64,000 bases of DNA from Longimicrobiales bacterium (GCA_965238005.1 OZ250165.1:32001-96000), one strand, 5' to 3'. Shown: positions 10,076 to 19,088, numbered from the stretch's first letter. Made by a program: numbers and translations. The notes: a model not told the origin generated them from the sequence alone.

Positions 10076-10492
10076 CTAGCAGTGCTCGTCGTACGCCGCC
10101 TTGAGGCTCTCGGCGATTTCGAAGTGATGCCGCCCCTCGATCTCATGGCGCTCCATCATATAGACGAGCTCGCCGTCCTTCAGCAGGGCGATGGAGGGGG
10201 AGGACGCGGGATAGCCCGTGAAGTAATCGCGCGCGCGGTCCGTTGCCTCCAGATCCTGCCCCGCGAACACGGTGGTGAGGACCTCGGGAACGTTGTCGTT
10301 GGACAGGGACAGGACCACGGCGGGTCTCATGGCGCCGGCGGCACAGCCGCAAACCGAATTGACGGCTACCATCGTCGTTCGTTTCTCGGTGCCCAGAACC
10401 TGGTCGACGTCCTCGGGTGTCCGGAGCTCTTTGAAGCCGACGCGCGCAAGGTCCTCGCGCATGGGCGCAACCAACATCTCGGGATAGGGCAT
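10076..10492 (-). CDS. BrxA/BrxB-family bacilliredoxin
   Basis: NSVCGCAAG, TVFAGQD, SSPSIAL, ERHEIEGR. Confidence 0.92.
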   Translation of the reverse strand: MPYPEMLVAPMREDLARVGFKELRTPEDVDQVLGTEKRTTMVAVNSVCGCAAGAMRPAVVLSLSNDNVPEVLTTVFAGQDLEATDRARDYFTGYPASSPSIALLKDGELVYMMERHEIEGRHHFEIAESLKAAYDEHC

Positions 10493-10690
10493 TTACTGTG
10501 ACTCCTGTGGATGCCGGAATTCGGGGTTGGGCCAGGCATACCCCCCAGTCTCCGGAAAGTGCACCCGTTCCGGGTTGCTCGCCCATAGCCGACCCGTCAC
10601 CTTTCTTGCGTGCGTGCAATCCCGCACCCGCATCCGTCTCGCCGTTGAGTCGATTCTTACGGGAGCTCGCCGGGGGAGCCTGCGTCCAGC

Positions 10691-11030
10691 GTGTCCACAA
10701 GCACCGAGATCGTTCGCCTGAAGGTGAACGGGGACGTTTACGAGGCCGGCGTTCCCAGCCACTTCACGCTCCTGGAGACACTCCGGTACTCCCTCGGACT
10801 CACGGGCCCCCATCCGCTTCAGGACGAGTTCGACCTGAGGGGGGCCGCCCAATGCGGCTTCTGCACGCCGGGCATCCTGTGCTCTGCGGCCGCACTTCTG
10901 GAGCGCACCACGGAGCCCAGCCGTGACGAGATCCGGGAAGCCCTAGCCGGCAATCTCTGCCGGTGCACGGCTACACGAAGATCTACGACGCCATCGAGGC
11001 GGCGGCGGCGCGACTCGGGGAGTTCTAGGG
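10691..11030 (+). pseudogene. Molybdo-flavoenzyme (XDH/CODH/HCR-like) 2Fe-2S subunit, internally deleted and frameshifted
   Basis: TLLETLRYSLGLTG joins directly to PHPLQ..AQCGFCTPG, so the first Cys cluster is missing; after NLCRCT a 1-nt deletion puts YTKIYDAIEAA in another frame. Confidence 0.85.
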
Positions 11031-11207
11031 ATGTCATCCGAATCCCCTAAGTATCAGTCCGACTTCATGTTAATCGGATCACGACTCAGGAAGGTGGCGA
11101 CCGACGGCCCCTGGCGGGCTCTGGAATACGCCCGTGAAGCCGGCGCGTTGGGAGAGCCCGAAGCGGATGCCCGGCGAGTCCATGACGCGGCCATACCGGC
11201 GGACTGA
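11031..11207 (+). pseudogene. Probable remnant of the molybdopterin-binding large subunit
   Basis: 58-aa ORF MSSESPKYQSDFMLIGSRLRKV..., resembling the F-x-x-IG-x-R-x-x-KVD start of large subunits, located between the small and FAD subunit remnants. Confidence 0.45.
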
Positions 11208-11210
11208 GGG

Positions 11211-12320
11211 ATGATGATGCTTGCGGAGGATATGACGGAGGGTGTGACGGAGGATGTGACGGTGCGGATCGACGGTTCGGGAACTCGAGCAGGGCCCCGA
11301 GCCCACAACCACGTCCCGCTCCCGAGGACGGTCGGCTTTCTCTGGTGCCTGTTCGCGCTGGGGGCTGTGGTGGGGGCCTTGGCGGGCTGTGCGGGTGAGG
11401 CGGGCGAGGCGGGGGACCGCCAGGTGGACCGTCAGGTGGCCGGAGAGACCTCGACCGTCGAGGCAGGTGCCGACGTCTCGGCCGGTCCTGGACCCACCAC
11501 CCTCCCGGGCACCGACGAGGACTGGGGGATCATGGAGGAGCAGGCCCGTTGGGCCTACCGGAACGGTCTCGACACCCTGCCCATCGGCCAGCTCGTGGCA
11601 CGCATCGGCGAGAGGTTCGTGGGGACCCCCTATGCCCCGCACACGCTGGAGGTGGAGGGGGAGGAAGGGCTGGTCATCGAGCTCGAGGAGCTCGACTGCG
11701 TGACGTTCGTGGAGAACCTACTGGCACTGGCCCGCTTCGTCCGGAGCGTCCCCGAGGCCATGCTGGACGACCCGATGGGCCGGCACCGGCCCTTCTACTC
11801 CGGCATCCTCCAGAACATCCGGTACCGGGACGGGAATCTCGACGGATATCCCAGCAGGCTCCACTATTTTAGCGAGTGGATCACCGACAAGAACGCCATG
11901 GGTCTGGTCCGGGACCTTTCGCAGGAGCTCGGAGGGGTGGCCGACCACGAGCGCATCGACTTCATGACCACCCATCCGGACGCGTACCGGCAGCTCGGTG
12001 AGGATCCGGCATTCCTGCCCGCTCTGCAGGAGATCGAGGCCCGCCTCGGCAGCGAGCCCCGCCACTACATTCCGGAGGAGCGGATCGCAGAGGTCGCCGA
12101 CCGGATCCAGGACGGGGACATCATCGCCGCCACGAGTACGGTGGCCGGGCTGGACATCGCCCATACGGGGATCGCCCTGTGGAGGGATGGGCAGCTGCAC
12201 CTGCTGCACGCTCCCCTCGTAGGTGGGGTGGTCCAGGTGAGCGAAGTGTCCCTGGCGAACCGCATTCAGCGCATCGGAGGGCAGGACGGCATCATGGTCG
12301 CCCGGCCGCTGGATCCCTAG
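11211..12320 (+). CDS. DUF1460 N-acetylmuramoyl-L-alanine amidase-like lipoprotein
   Basis: FVGTPY, LDCVTFVE, RYRDG...YPSRLHYFSEW, GLDIAHTG, LLHA; start uncertain. Confidence 0.88.
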   Translation: MMMLAEDMTEGVTEDVTVRIDGSGTRAGPRAHNHVPLPRTVGFLWCLFALGAVVGALAGCAGEAGEAGDRQVDRQVAGETSTVEAGADVSAGPGPTTLPGTDEDWGIMEEQARWAYRNGLDTLPIGQLVARIGERFVGTPYAPHTLEVEGEEGLVIELEELDCVTFVENLLALARFVRSVPEAMLDDPMGRHRPFYSGILQNIRYRDGNLDGYPSRLHYFSEWITDKNAMGLVRDLSQELGGVADHERIDFMTTHPDAYRQLGEDPAFLPALQEIEARLGSEPRHYIPEERIAEVADRIQDGDIIAATSTVAGLDIAHTGIALWRDGQLHLLHAPLVGGVVQVSEVSLANRIQRIGGQDGIMVARPLDP

Positions 12321-12484
12321 AGTTCCGTTTCCGAAGTTCGCGAGCCACCAAGAGGGTCGGGGCGCCGTGGGATCGAGGCGGGACGACGCGGCGTAGCGCA
12401 AGCTACGCTAAGGAGTCACAACGCCGAGCCCGCGGATGCACTGTGCCCTCGACTGGCCGAGACACTTTGGTAACGGGACACTAG
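12317..12484 (-). mobile_element. MITE-like fold-back repeat, copy 3 (inverted)
   Basis: CTAG at 12317-12320 and 12481-12484; reverse complement of copies 1 and 2. Confidence 0.85.
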
Positions 12485-12498
12485 AGGCGCCGTCACGT

Positions 12499-13222
12499 AT
12501 GCTTCGACTCCCTCCCTTCCGATATCACCGGCCCGACACGGTGCAGGACGCCGTGTCGCTGCTGGCGGAGTACGCTGAGAGCGCGATCCCGGTATCCGGT
12601 GGGACGGACCTGATTGCCAACATGAAGCACCGGCTCTTCACGCCGGCGCATCTGGTGGCCCTGAAGGGCATCGGAGAGCTCAAAGGGATCCGTGAGGAGG
12701 ACGGGGAGTTGGTCATCGGCGCCGCCGCGACGCTCACAGACGTATCGCTGCATCCTTCAGTCCGACGTCACTTTACGGCGTTGTCCGAGGCGGCGGGGCA
12801 CGTCGCTGGGCCCCAGCTCAGGAACTCCGGCACACCAGCCGGGGGGCCGGGGGAGATCGTCACGCGGATCCGGGTGTCGCTTCCCGCGCCCGAGCTACGC
12901 ACGGCCTACGTCAAGCTCCGTCAGCGCCAGTCCATCGACTTTCCGCTGCTCACGGTAGCCGTCAGCGGCCGACGTCGACCCCGAGAATCGGCTCCGCTCA
13001 TTGCGAGGAGTAGTGACGGCCCTGGGTGCGCGCCCCGAGGAGCTCACGGGGTGGGAGGAGCTCGCTGAGGGGGAGGTTCTCACCGACGAGTTCATCGAGA
13101 GACTCGCCGAGAGGGCGTTCAAGCAGTGTCATCCCCTGGAGAACCTCATCGGCGATGCCGAGTGGCGCCGGGCGATGGTGCCCGTGCACGTGGCACGAGC
13201 GCTGCGGAAGCTGAGGCGCTAG
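12499..13222 (+). pseudogene. Molybdo-flavoenzyme FAD-binding subunit (HcrB/XdhB/CoxM-like), internally deleted and frameshifted
   Basis: MLRLPPFRYHRP, SGGTDL, GPQLRNSGT then a jump to PGEIVTRI; YVKLRQRQSIDFP; C-terminus (ALGARP...WRRAMVPV) in another frame. Confidence 0.85.
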
Positions 13223-13262
13223 CCCGATCTTCAGGACGTCACGCCGGGGACTCGAGGTCGCG

Positions 13263-13922
13263 ATGGCTCTGGGAACGCATTGGGAATGGAGGGGCTTCGG
13301 AGTTCTCTCCCATGCATTCCGAAAGCGCTTCGAGCCCCTCGAGGACCTTTTCCCGTCCGAGAGCATCGTGGACGAGTACATCTGGGTACCGGATCTCCCC
13401 ATCAATCTGAAGCTCCGACGTGGGACTGGAGGTCAGGATGGACTGAAGTTCAAACGGCCGGGACGCACGACGGGCGATTTGGAGGAGTGGCACGAAGATC
13501 CCAGCGAGATCTACGACTTTCCTTTGAGTACGGAGGCGTGGGACAGCCTCGGACGCGAGTTCGCCGACGTGAGCATCATCCTGCCGCCGTTCCCCGAGGA
13601 GCCCCTCGACCGAGATCTGACCCTCGATACTCTGAGAAGGAGCGACTCGAGCATTCGAGTCGTCACGGTCACGAAAGCGCGAGTGACCAAACTCTGGAGT
13701 GGCCGGGAAGGCGACGTCAGGGTGGAGGTGACCGAGATCTCCTCGCCGGACGAGGTCACGTGTCTCGGGCTGGAGAGCTCGGCCGGCGAAGAGGGTGAGC
13801 TAGCGGACGAGGCGGCGAGGTCGGCGATACGGAGTGCCAGAACGGTCTTGGGTATCGACAGTGAGAGCCTGGAAGTCATGAACTACCTGCAGGCCCTCAA
13901 TAGGTGGCTGAGTGTCCGATGA
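13263..13922 (+). CDS. Hypothetical protein, possibly CYTH-like
   Basis: EWRGF, DEY, NLKLR, LKFK, VTKAR, VEVTE, MNY pattern reminiscent of triphosphate tunnel metalloenzymes. Confidence 0.55.
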   Translation: MALGTHWEWRGFGVLSHAFRKRFEPLEDLFPSESIVDEYIWVPDLPINLKLRRGTGGQDGLKFKRPGRTTGDLEEWHEDPSEIYDFPLSTEAWDSLGREFADVSIILPPFPEEPLDRDLTLDTLRRSDSSIRVVTVTKARVTKLWSGREGDVRVEVTEISSPDEVTCLGLESSAGEEGELADEAARSAIRSARTVLGIDSESLEVMNYLQALNRWLSVR

Positions 13923-14119
13923 CCGACGCTATCGGCGGGATACCCTGACGCTGATCGGAGTGAGGACCGCGACCCGGAACGCGTCACCGGTGGACCAGCC
14001 CGACACCCCCAGCTTAGACTTATCCACACGGATCGGGACGCCCCTTTGCACCGAGACGAACGTCCCGGACCGGCCACACCCATATACCGCCCGCGGGGAG
14101 GGGCATCGCCGAGCATCCC

Positions 14120-14611
14120 ATGGCTGACAAAGACCTGACACCACGCAGCCCCGAGGGCTCCGCCTCCGAGATGACCGAGCTCATGATGCCCGGGCACGTG
14201 AACAACCTCGGTCACGTGTTCGGTGGAGTGCTCCTCTCCATGATCGACCGTGCGGCCGCGGTGGCGGCCATGCGGCATGCCGGCCAACCATGCGTGACGG
14301 TCTCCATCAACCAGGTGGATTTCCGGGAGCCCATCTACGCCGGCGAGCTCGTCATCTGCACGGCGCGGGTGAACTACGTGGGGAGCACGTCCATGGAGGT
14401 GGGGGTGAAGGTGATTGCCGAGCATCCCATCACCAGGACCCGTCGTCACACCAACGACTGCTTCCTGACCTTTGTGGCCATCGACGAGAACAGCCGGCCA
14501 GCTCGCGTGCCGCCGCTGGATCTCACCAACGACGAGGAGCGACAGCGCTTCGAGGAGGGCAAGCTCCGGCGCGAGCATCGAGAGGCTCTCGATCTCGAGT
14601 TGAGGTCCTAG
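14120..14611 (+). CDS. Acyl-CoA thioesterase (hotdog fold)
   Basis: NNLGHVFGG...D, VTVS...VDFREPI, GSTSMEVGV, TFVAID. Confidence 0.92.
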   Translation: MADKDLTPRSPEGSASEMTELMMPGHVNNLGHVFGGVLLSMIDRAAAVAAMRHAGQPCVTVSINQVDFREPIYAGELVICTARVNYVGSTSMEVGVKVIAEHPITRTRRHTNDCFLTFVAIDENSRPARVPPLDLTNDEERQRFEEGKLRREHREALDLELRS

Positions 14612-14613
14612 GG

Positions 14614-15087
14614 ATGCCCCTCTCCGTCGGCACCCCCGCCCCCGACTTCGCTCTGCCCGTGAAGCCCAAGGAGGATCCACTGCTGCTCGCGGATTACAAG
14701 GGCGAGCGCAGCGTGGTCCTCATGTTCTTTCCTCTCGCGTTCTCCTCGACCTGCACTGCGCAGATGTGCACGGTGGCCGAGAACTACCGGGCTTGGGAGG
14801 CCCTCGACGCCGAGGTTATCGGGATCAGCGTCGACTCACCCTGGACGAACCAGAAGTTTGCGGCGGAGTGCGGGGCCACCTTCCCCATCGCGTCGGACTT
14901 CAACAAGGAGGTGTCGGCTGCGTACGACGCCCTCTACGACGAGTTGATGGGACTGAAGGGCGTCACCCGACGGGTCGTGTACGTCATCGACCGATCGGGG
15001 ACGATCGTCTACGCCTGGGAGGACGAGGACGCTGGGATCATGCCCGACTTCGACGAGATCATGGCTGCGGTGGAGGCCGCCGGCTGA
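14614..15087 (+). CDS. Peroxiredoxin (AhpC/TSA family)
   Basis: VGTPAPDF, FFPLAFSSTCTAQMC, GISVDS, SDFN. Confidence 0.9.
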   Translation: MPLSVGTPAPDFALPVKPKEDPLLLADYKGERSVVLMFFPLAFSSTCTAQMCTVAENYRAWEALDAEVIGISVDSPWTNQKFAAECGATFPIASDFNKEVSAAYDALYDELMGLKGVTRRVVYVIDRSGTIVYAWEDEDAGIMPDFDEIMAAVEAAG

Positions 15088-15356
15088 GGGTTGAGCGTTG
15101 CTACGCGGCTTCGGAAAACCGTACTACGCGGCCCCGGAAGTGGTCGCCGTGTCCTCCAGAGCATCGAGCGCCCGCATGATGACGCTCGAGGGTATGTGGT
15201 CCTCGTGCTTGTACCGGGCCGAGCTCGTGAGGTAGTCGGGCTCGACGCCGCGAGCCTGGTTCTGATCTTATAAGGCGAAAGGCTGACCTCACTCGAGCGG
15301 GGCGTTACGCTGAACTTGCTCAAAGGCCTGCGGCACCCAACCCAAGGAGGCCAGCC

Positions 15357-16394
15357 ATGTTTGTCGCAGGCATCGACGCTCACGCAACGTATTCGGTGAT
15401 CGCCATCGTGAGCAACACAGGTCAGCTCGTACACGGACCCGCTCGGATCAAGAACAAGGAAGAGGATCGATTCGATGAACTGTTCAAGCAGTATCGGCCC
15501 CTCGAGGTGGTCGTCGAGACGAGTCCGGCCTGGCCCTGGCTCTTCGATCGACTGCAGGGCTGTGGGATCCACTTCGTGCTCGCCCACGCCAAGCGGCTTC
15601 GAGTCATCGCCGAGTCCAGCTACAAGAGTGACGACATCGACGCCGAGCTCTTGGCGCGTATGCGGCTCGCGGGCCTCATCCCCGAGGTCCATCCCAAGTC
15701 CATCGAGCAGAGAGAGCAGGCGGTGCTCCTACGCAACCGGGCGAGACTCGTACGGGAACGCACCCGAATGGTCAACCGCATCCACGCCCAGCTCCACAAC
15801 GTCGGACTTCACCTGGAGCGTGGGCGTCTGCTCACCCAGGATGGACGTCAGTGGGTGCGAGACGAGGCATGGCCCCGGCTCGGAGACGAGCGGCGTCTTT
15901 TCATCGACATGCAGTGGGCCCTCATCGACCAGCTCGTACCGATGATCAAAACCCTCGATCGCAGGGTCGAGCACATGGGCCGAGAGATCCCGGCCGTGGC
16001 GGTCCTCGAGACCATCCCCGGCATCGGTTCTTACCGGGCACTGCTCATTGCGACCGAAACATTGCCCATCGAGCGATTCCGCACTCCCGCTCACCTGGTG
16101 AGCTACGCCGGCCTCGCCCCGCGCTCTTCACAGTCCGGCCTGCGTCCCATCCGCCACGGATCGATCCCCGCCGGGGCCAACCGTTGGCTGAGGGGCACCT
16201 TCGTCCGGGCCGTCGTGAGCCACGTCGCTCACGCGCCCGACAGTTGGCTGTCCGAGTCCTACGACCAGATGAAGCAGCGTCTCGGGTGGCAGGTCGCCCG
16301 GGTCGCTACCGCTCGTCGCCTCGCCCGCGCCGTTCACGCGATGCTCCGCACAGGTGAGGTCTGGCGAGATGAACGCGTGTCCCAACAAAACTGA
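15357..16394 (+). CDS. IS110-family transposase/recombinase
   Basis: GIDAH, VVVE, KSDDIDA (DEDD), TIPGIG, YAGLAP..SQSG (catalytic Ser), ATARRLA. Confidence 0.96.
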   Translation: MFVAGIDAHATYSVIAIVSNTGQLVHGPARIKNKEEDRFDELFKQYRPLEVVVETSPAWPWLFDRLQGCGIHFVLAHAKRLRVIAESSYKSDDIDAELLARMRLAGLIPEVHPKSIEQREQAVLLRNRARLVRERTRMVNRIHAQLHNVGLHLERGRLLTQDGRQWVRDEAWPRLGDERRLFIDMQWALIDQLVPMIKTLDRRVEHMGREIPAVAVLETIPGIGSYRALLIATETLPIERFRTPAHLVSYAGLAPRSSQSGLRPIRHGSIPAGANRWLRGTFVRAVVSHVAHAPDSWLSESYDQMKQRLGWQVARVATARRLARAVHAMLRTGEVWRDERVSQQN

Positions 16395-16720
16395 GGTGTC
16401 ACACCACGATGTATCGTACCACGACAGGGGTGAGCTCCGCGCGCAGCATGTCGCTCGACGACCCTCAGATTCTGACTGAGCCCCCCGCTCGCATAGCAGA
16501 TCTTCGGACGTCCCCGCGTTGGGACGAAACCTGAATAGATGCCTGAGTTCCTCGTGAGAGGAGACTCGCCCAAGATCGGCCGCGACGTCGGTACCGAAGT
16601 TGAAAACAGGAAAATGATCACGCAGGCCTTGAGCTACAGCCTAGACGACCGAGCCACCCATCCACTTCCCCGGACGGGTAAGGGAGGGCTACGCCCTGTT
16701 GACTTTCTTCGCCTTATAGA
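16395..16720 (+). ncRNA. Predicted seekRNA/bridge RNA region of the IS
   Basis: Non-coding region downstream of tnp as in IS1111 elements; multiple hairpins; short matches to the target (16441-16449, 16470-16475) and to the circle junction (16535-16540, 16572-16577); transcript ends unknown. Confidence 0.65.
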
Positions 16721-16968
16721 TGACTGAGCCCCCCGCTCGCATAGCAGATCTTCGGACGTCCCCGCGTTGGGACGAAACCTGAATAGATGCCTGAGTTCCT
16801 CGTGAGAGGAGACTCGCCCAAGATCGGCCGCGACGTCGGTACCGAAGTTGAAAACAGGAAAATGATCACGCAGGCCTTGAGCTACAGCCTAGACGACCGA
16901 GCCACCCATCCACTTCCCCGGACGGGTAAGGGAGGGCTACGCCCTGTTGACTTTCTTCGCCTTATAGA
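16473..16968 (+). repeat. 248-bp tandem duplication (16473-16720 / 16721-16968)
   Basis: Two copies, identical by eye, from TGACTGAGCCCCCC to CGCCTTATAGA. Confidence 0.95.
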
Positions 16969-17517
16969 TGCTGCACGAGGGCCCCGACCGGCTTTGCGGG
17001 GAGTGGCGGGGGCGGGGGCGGCGCGTCCGGCAGCAGCCTCATCATCGGGTCGAGAAAGTAGAGCCTGCCGTCTAGGGAGTTCGGCCGCCGGTCCGGCGCA
17101 TTCGGCCGCCAGTCCGGTGCATTCGGCTGCGACCCGCATGAGCATCGCCCCCACCTCGGGGTCCAACCTGCCACGCACCAAGTACATGCCGTCCTCGTCC
17201 GGGAAGATCGAGAAGCACCTGGAGCGATGCCGCATCCTCTCGAGCTCCTGTTCGTCCCACCGGTTCAGCCGCCGCCACGCCCTTACCACCCGCTGAAGCT
17301 GGGCCGCTCCGACCGCCGCCCTCGTGCACCGGCCAAAGCTGCCGCTGGGCTGGATGGGACGCCGTTGGGGCCTGCTCGCGCTGGAATCCCGAACCGGACT
17401 CCGACCGCCGCCCTGGTGCACCGGGCAAGGGGCGCTGACGGGACGCCGTGGGAGCGCGTGGACCGCGCCAGATGGGCCCGACCTGACCACCCCGCCGTCT
17501 AGAGCCGCTCTACGTCC

Positions 17518-18798
17518 CTAGCTCCGCTCCACCACCATCGCGAACCCCAGCGCCCCGGCGGCGCACACCGTGATGAGTCCCAGCTCGGCATCCCTGCGCT
17601 TCATCTCGTTGAGGAGGGTCGTGGTCAGCCGGGCGCCGGTGGCACCGAAAGGGTGTCCGATGGCGATGGAGCCGCCCATAACGTTGATGACATCCACGTC
17701 GGGGTGGCCGACGGCCTCACTCCGTCCCAGCTCCTCCTGGGCGAACTTGTTGGACGACAGCGCCTGGAGGTTGGAGAGCACCTGTGACCCGAACGCCTCG
17801 TGCATCTCCATGAGGTCGATGTCCGCCATGGTGATTCCCGCCCGCTCCAGAGCGATGGGCGTCGCGTACGCCGGTCCCTGGAGGAGCTGGCCTTGTGGAT
17901 CCAGGCCGGAGAACGCGTAGCTCCTCACGTAGCCCATGGGCTCGATCCCCTCTGCCTTCACGCGCTCCTCCGACATGAGCATCACCGCCGAGCCTCCGTC
18001 GGTGAGAGGCGAGGCGTTGCCTGCCGTGACGCTTCCGTGGTTCCGGTCGAAGACCGGCCTGAGCTTGGCCAACGCATCGGCGCTCGTGTCGGTCCGGATG
18101 CCGTTGTCGGTCTCCAGCACCGTCTCGAAGCGCGGCGGGACGTAGAGCGGGGCGATCTCCGCTCGGAGCCTGCCGTCCTCCGTTCCCGCCGCGGCAAGGT
18201 GATGGGACCGGAGCGCCCAGGCGTCCTGGTCCTCCCGGGATATGCCGTTCTCTTTGGCCATCCGCTCCGCCGACTCGCCCATGCTCTCACCCGTGGTGGG
18301 CTCTGCGATCTTGGGGAAGTCGGGGATGAGGTCCTTGGGTCGGATCCTGGCGAGCCGCGCCAGGCGGGCTTTCACGCTCTTGGCCTTCGAGACGGCGATG
18401 AGGGTCTCCGACAGGGACTGCTTGATGGTGATCGGGATCTGCGACAGCGACTCGGCGCCCCCTGCCACCACCACATCGGCGTAGCCTCGCTCGATGAGGT
18501 TCACCCCGTCGGCGATGGCCTGGTTGGACGAGGCGCAGGCCCGGGAGACCGTCACCGCCGGAACGGTCTTGGGCAGGGTGGCCAGCCCCACCTCCCGCGC
18601 GATGTTCGGGGCGTGGGGATTGTGGACGACCGTGCCGTACACAAGGTGGTCCACCTCCTCCCCGGGAATCCCGCTCCGGTCCATGAGCTCCCGGACGGCC
18701 AGGGTCCCTAGCTCGATGGCCGTCATGTCCTTCAGCTCGGATCCGGATCGGACGAACGGGGTGCGGCATCCCGCTATGACAGCGGCGCGATTCGACAT
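17518..18798 (-). CDS. fadI: Acetyl-CoA C-acyltransferase (3-ketoacyl-CoA thiolase, FadI type)
   Basis: RTPF, VSRACASS, MHEAF, GGSIAIGHPFGATG, CAAG. Confidence 0.9.
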   Translation of the reverse strand: MSNRAAVIAGCRTPFVRSGSELKDMTAIELGTLAVRELMDRSGIPGEEVDHLVYGTVVHNPHAPNIAREVGLATLPKTVPAVTVSRACASSNQAIADGVNLIERGYADVVVAGGAESLSQIPITIKQSLSETLIAVSKAKSVKARLARLARIRPKDLIPDFPKIAEPTTGESMGESAERMAKENGISREDQDAWALRSHHLAAAGTEDGRLRAEIAPLYVPPRFETVLETDNGIRTDTSADALAKLRPVFDRNHGSVTAGNASPLTDGGSAVMLMSEERVKAEGIEPMGYVRSYAFSGLDPQGQLLQGPAYATPIALERAGITMADIDLMEMHEAFGSQVLSNLQALSSNKFAQEELGRSEAVGHPDVDVINVMGGSIAIGHPFGATGARLTTTLLNEMKRRDAELGLITVCAAGALGFAMVVERS

Positions 18799-19088
18799 AT
18801 GAATGGTCCGGCTGGCGTTGTAGGCGGACTGGAACGGATGCTACCCCAGCGTCACGTCCGGTTCCGGGCCGAGACAGGGGATCCCCGGTCGTGATCGGCC
18901 GCCCCCTCCGGTGGCTACGCGCATCCCGCCCCGCTAGACTGGGTGCCACTGGAATGCCCGCTTCGGCGCGACCCAAGGCTCGAAGTCGGAGCGTGGATGC
19001 GCCGAGGCCGGCGCTTGTCTGACATCGCGGACCAACGCTGCCTCGGTGTGTTCCGGGTGCACCCGACCATCTCGACCGGCTGGAGGCA

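Larger units (their letters stand above)
15264..16969 (+). mobile_element. IS110-family, IS1111-type insertion sequence with duplicated right end
   Basis: DEDD transposase; 11-bp subterminal IRs TATAAGGCGAA (15269-15279) / TTCGCCTTATA (16708-16718 and 16956-16966); GAT shared at both junctions; long 3' non-coding region. Confidence 0.9.
15124..17330 (-). pseudogene. DUF222/HNH-type protein remnant, interrupted by the IS
   Basis: QLQRVVRAWRRL...FSIFPDEDGMYLVRGRLDPEVGAMLMR; with the IS removed the frame reads ...PVGALVQH|QNQARGVEPDYLTSSARYKHEDHIPSSVIMRALDALED...stop at 15124. Confidence 0.65.

Noticed and set aside
14020..14028. Perfect DnaA box TTATCCACA / oriC
   Set aside because: Single box, with no AT-rich unwinding region or dnaA context.
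16500..16535. Hammerhead-like stem followed by GAAAC
   Set aside because: The required CUGANGA core is not positioned before the stem.
16699..16721. Strong circle-junction promoter (TTGACT at the right end plus TATAAG at the left end)
   Set aside because: Spacing in the reconstructed junction is 19 bp and the -10 is imperfect, so it is not called as a feature.
16473..16968. CRISPR array or two small CDSs (MPEFLVRGD...) in the 248-bp repeat
   Set aside because: No repeat-spacer structure; the ORFs lie in the IS non-coding end and have no recognisable motifs.
18800..19080. Cobalamin riboswitch (GCCACTG)
   Set aside because: Lacks the other conserved motifs of the riboswitch, and the flanking genes are unrelated to B12.
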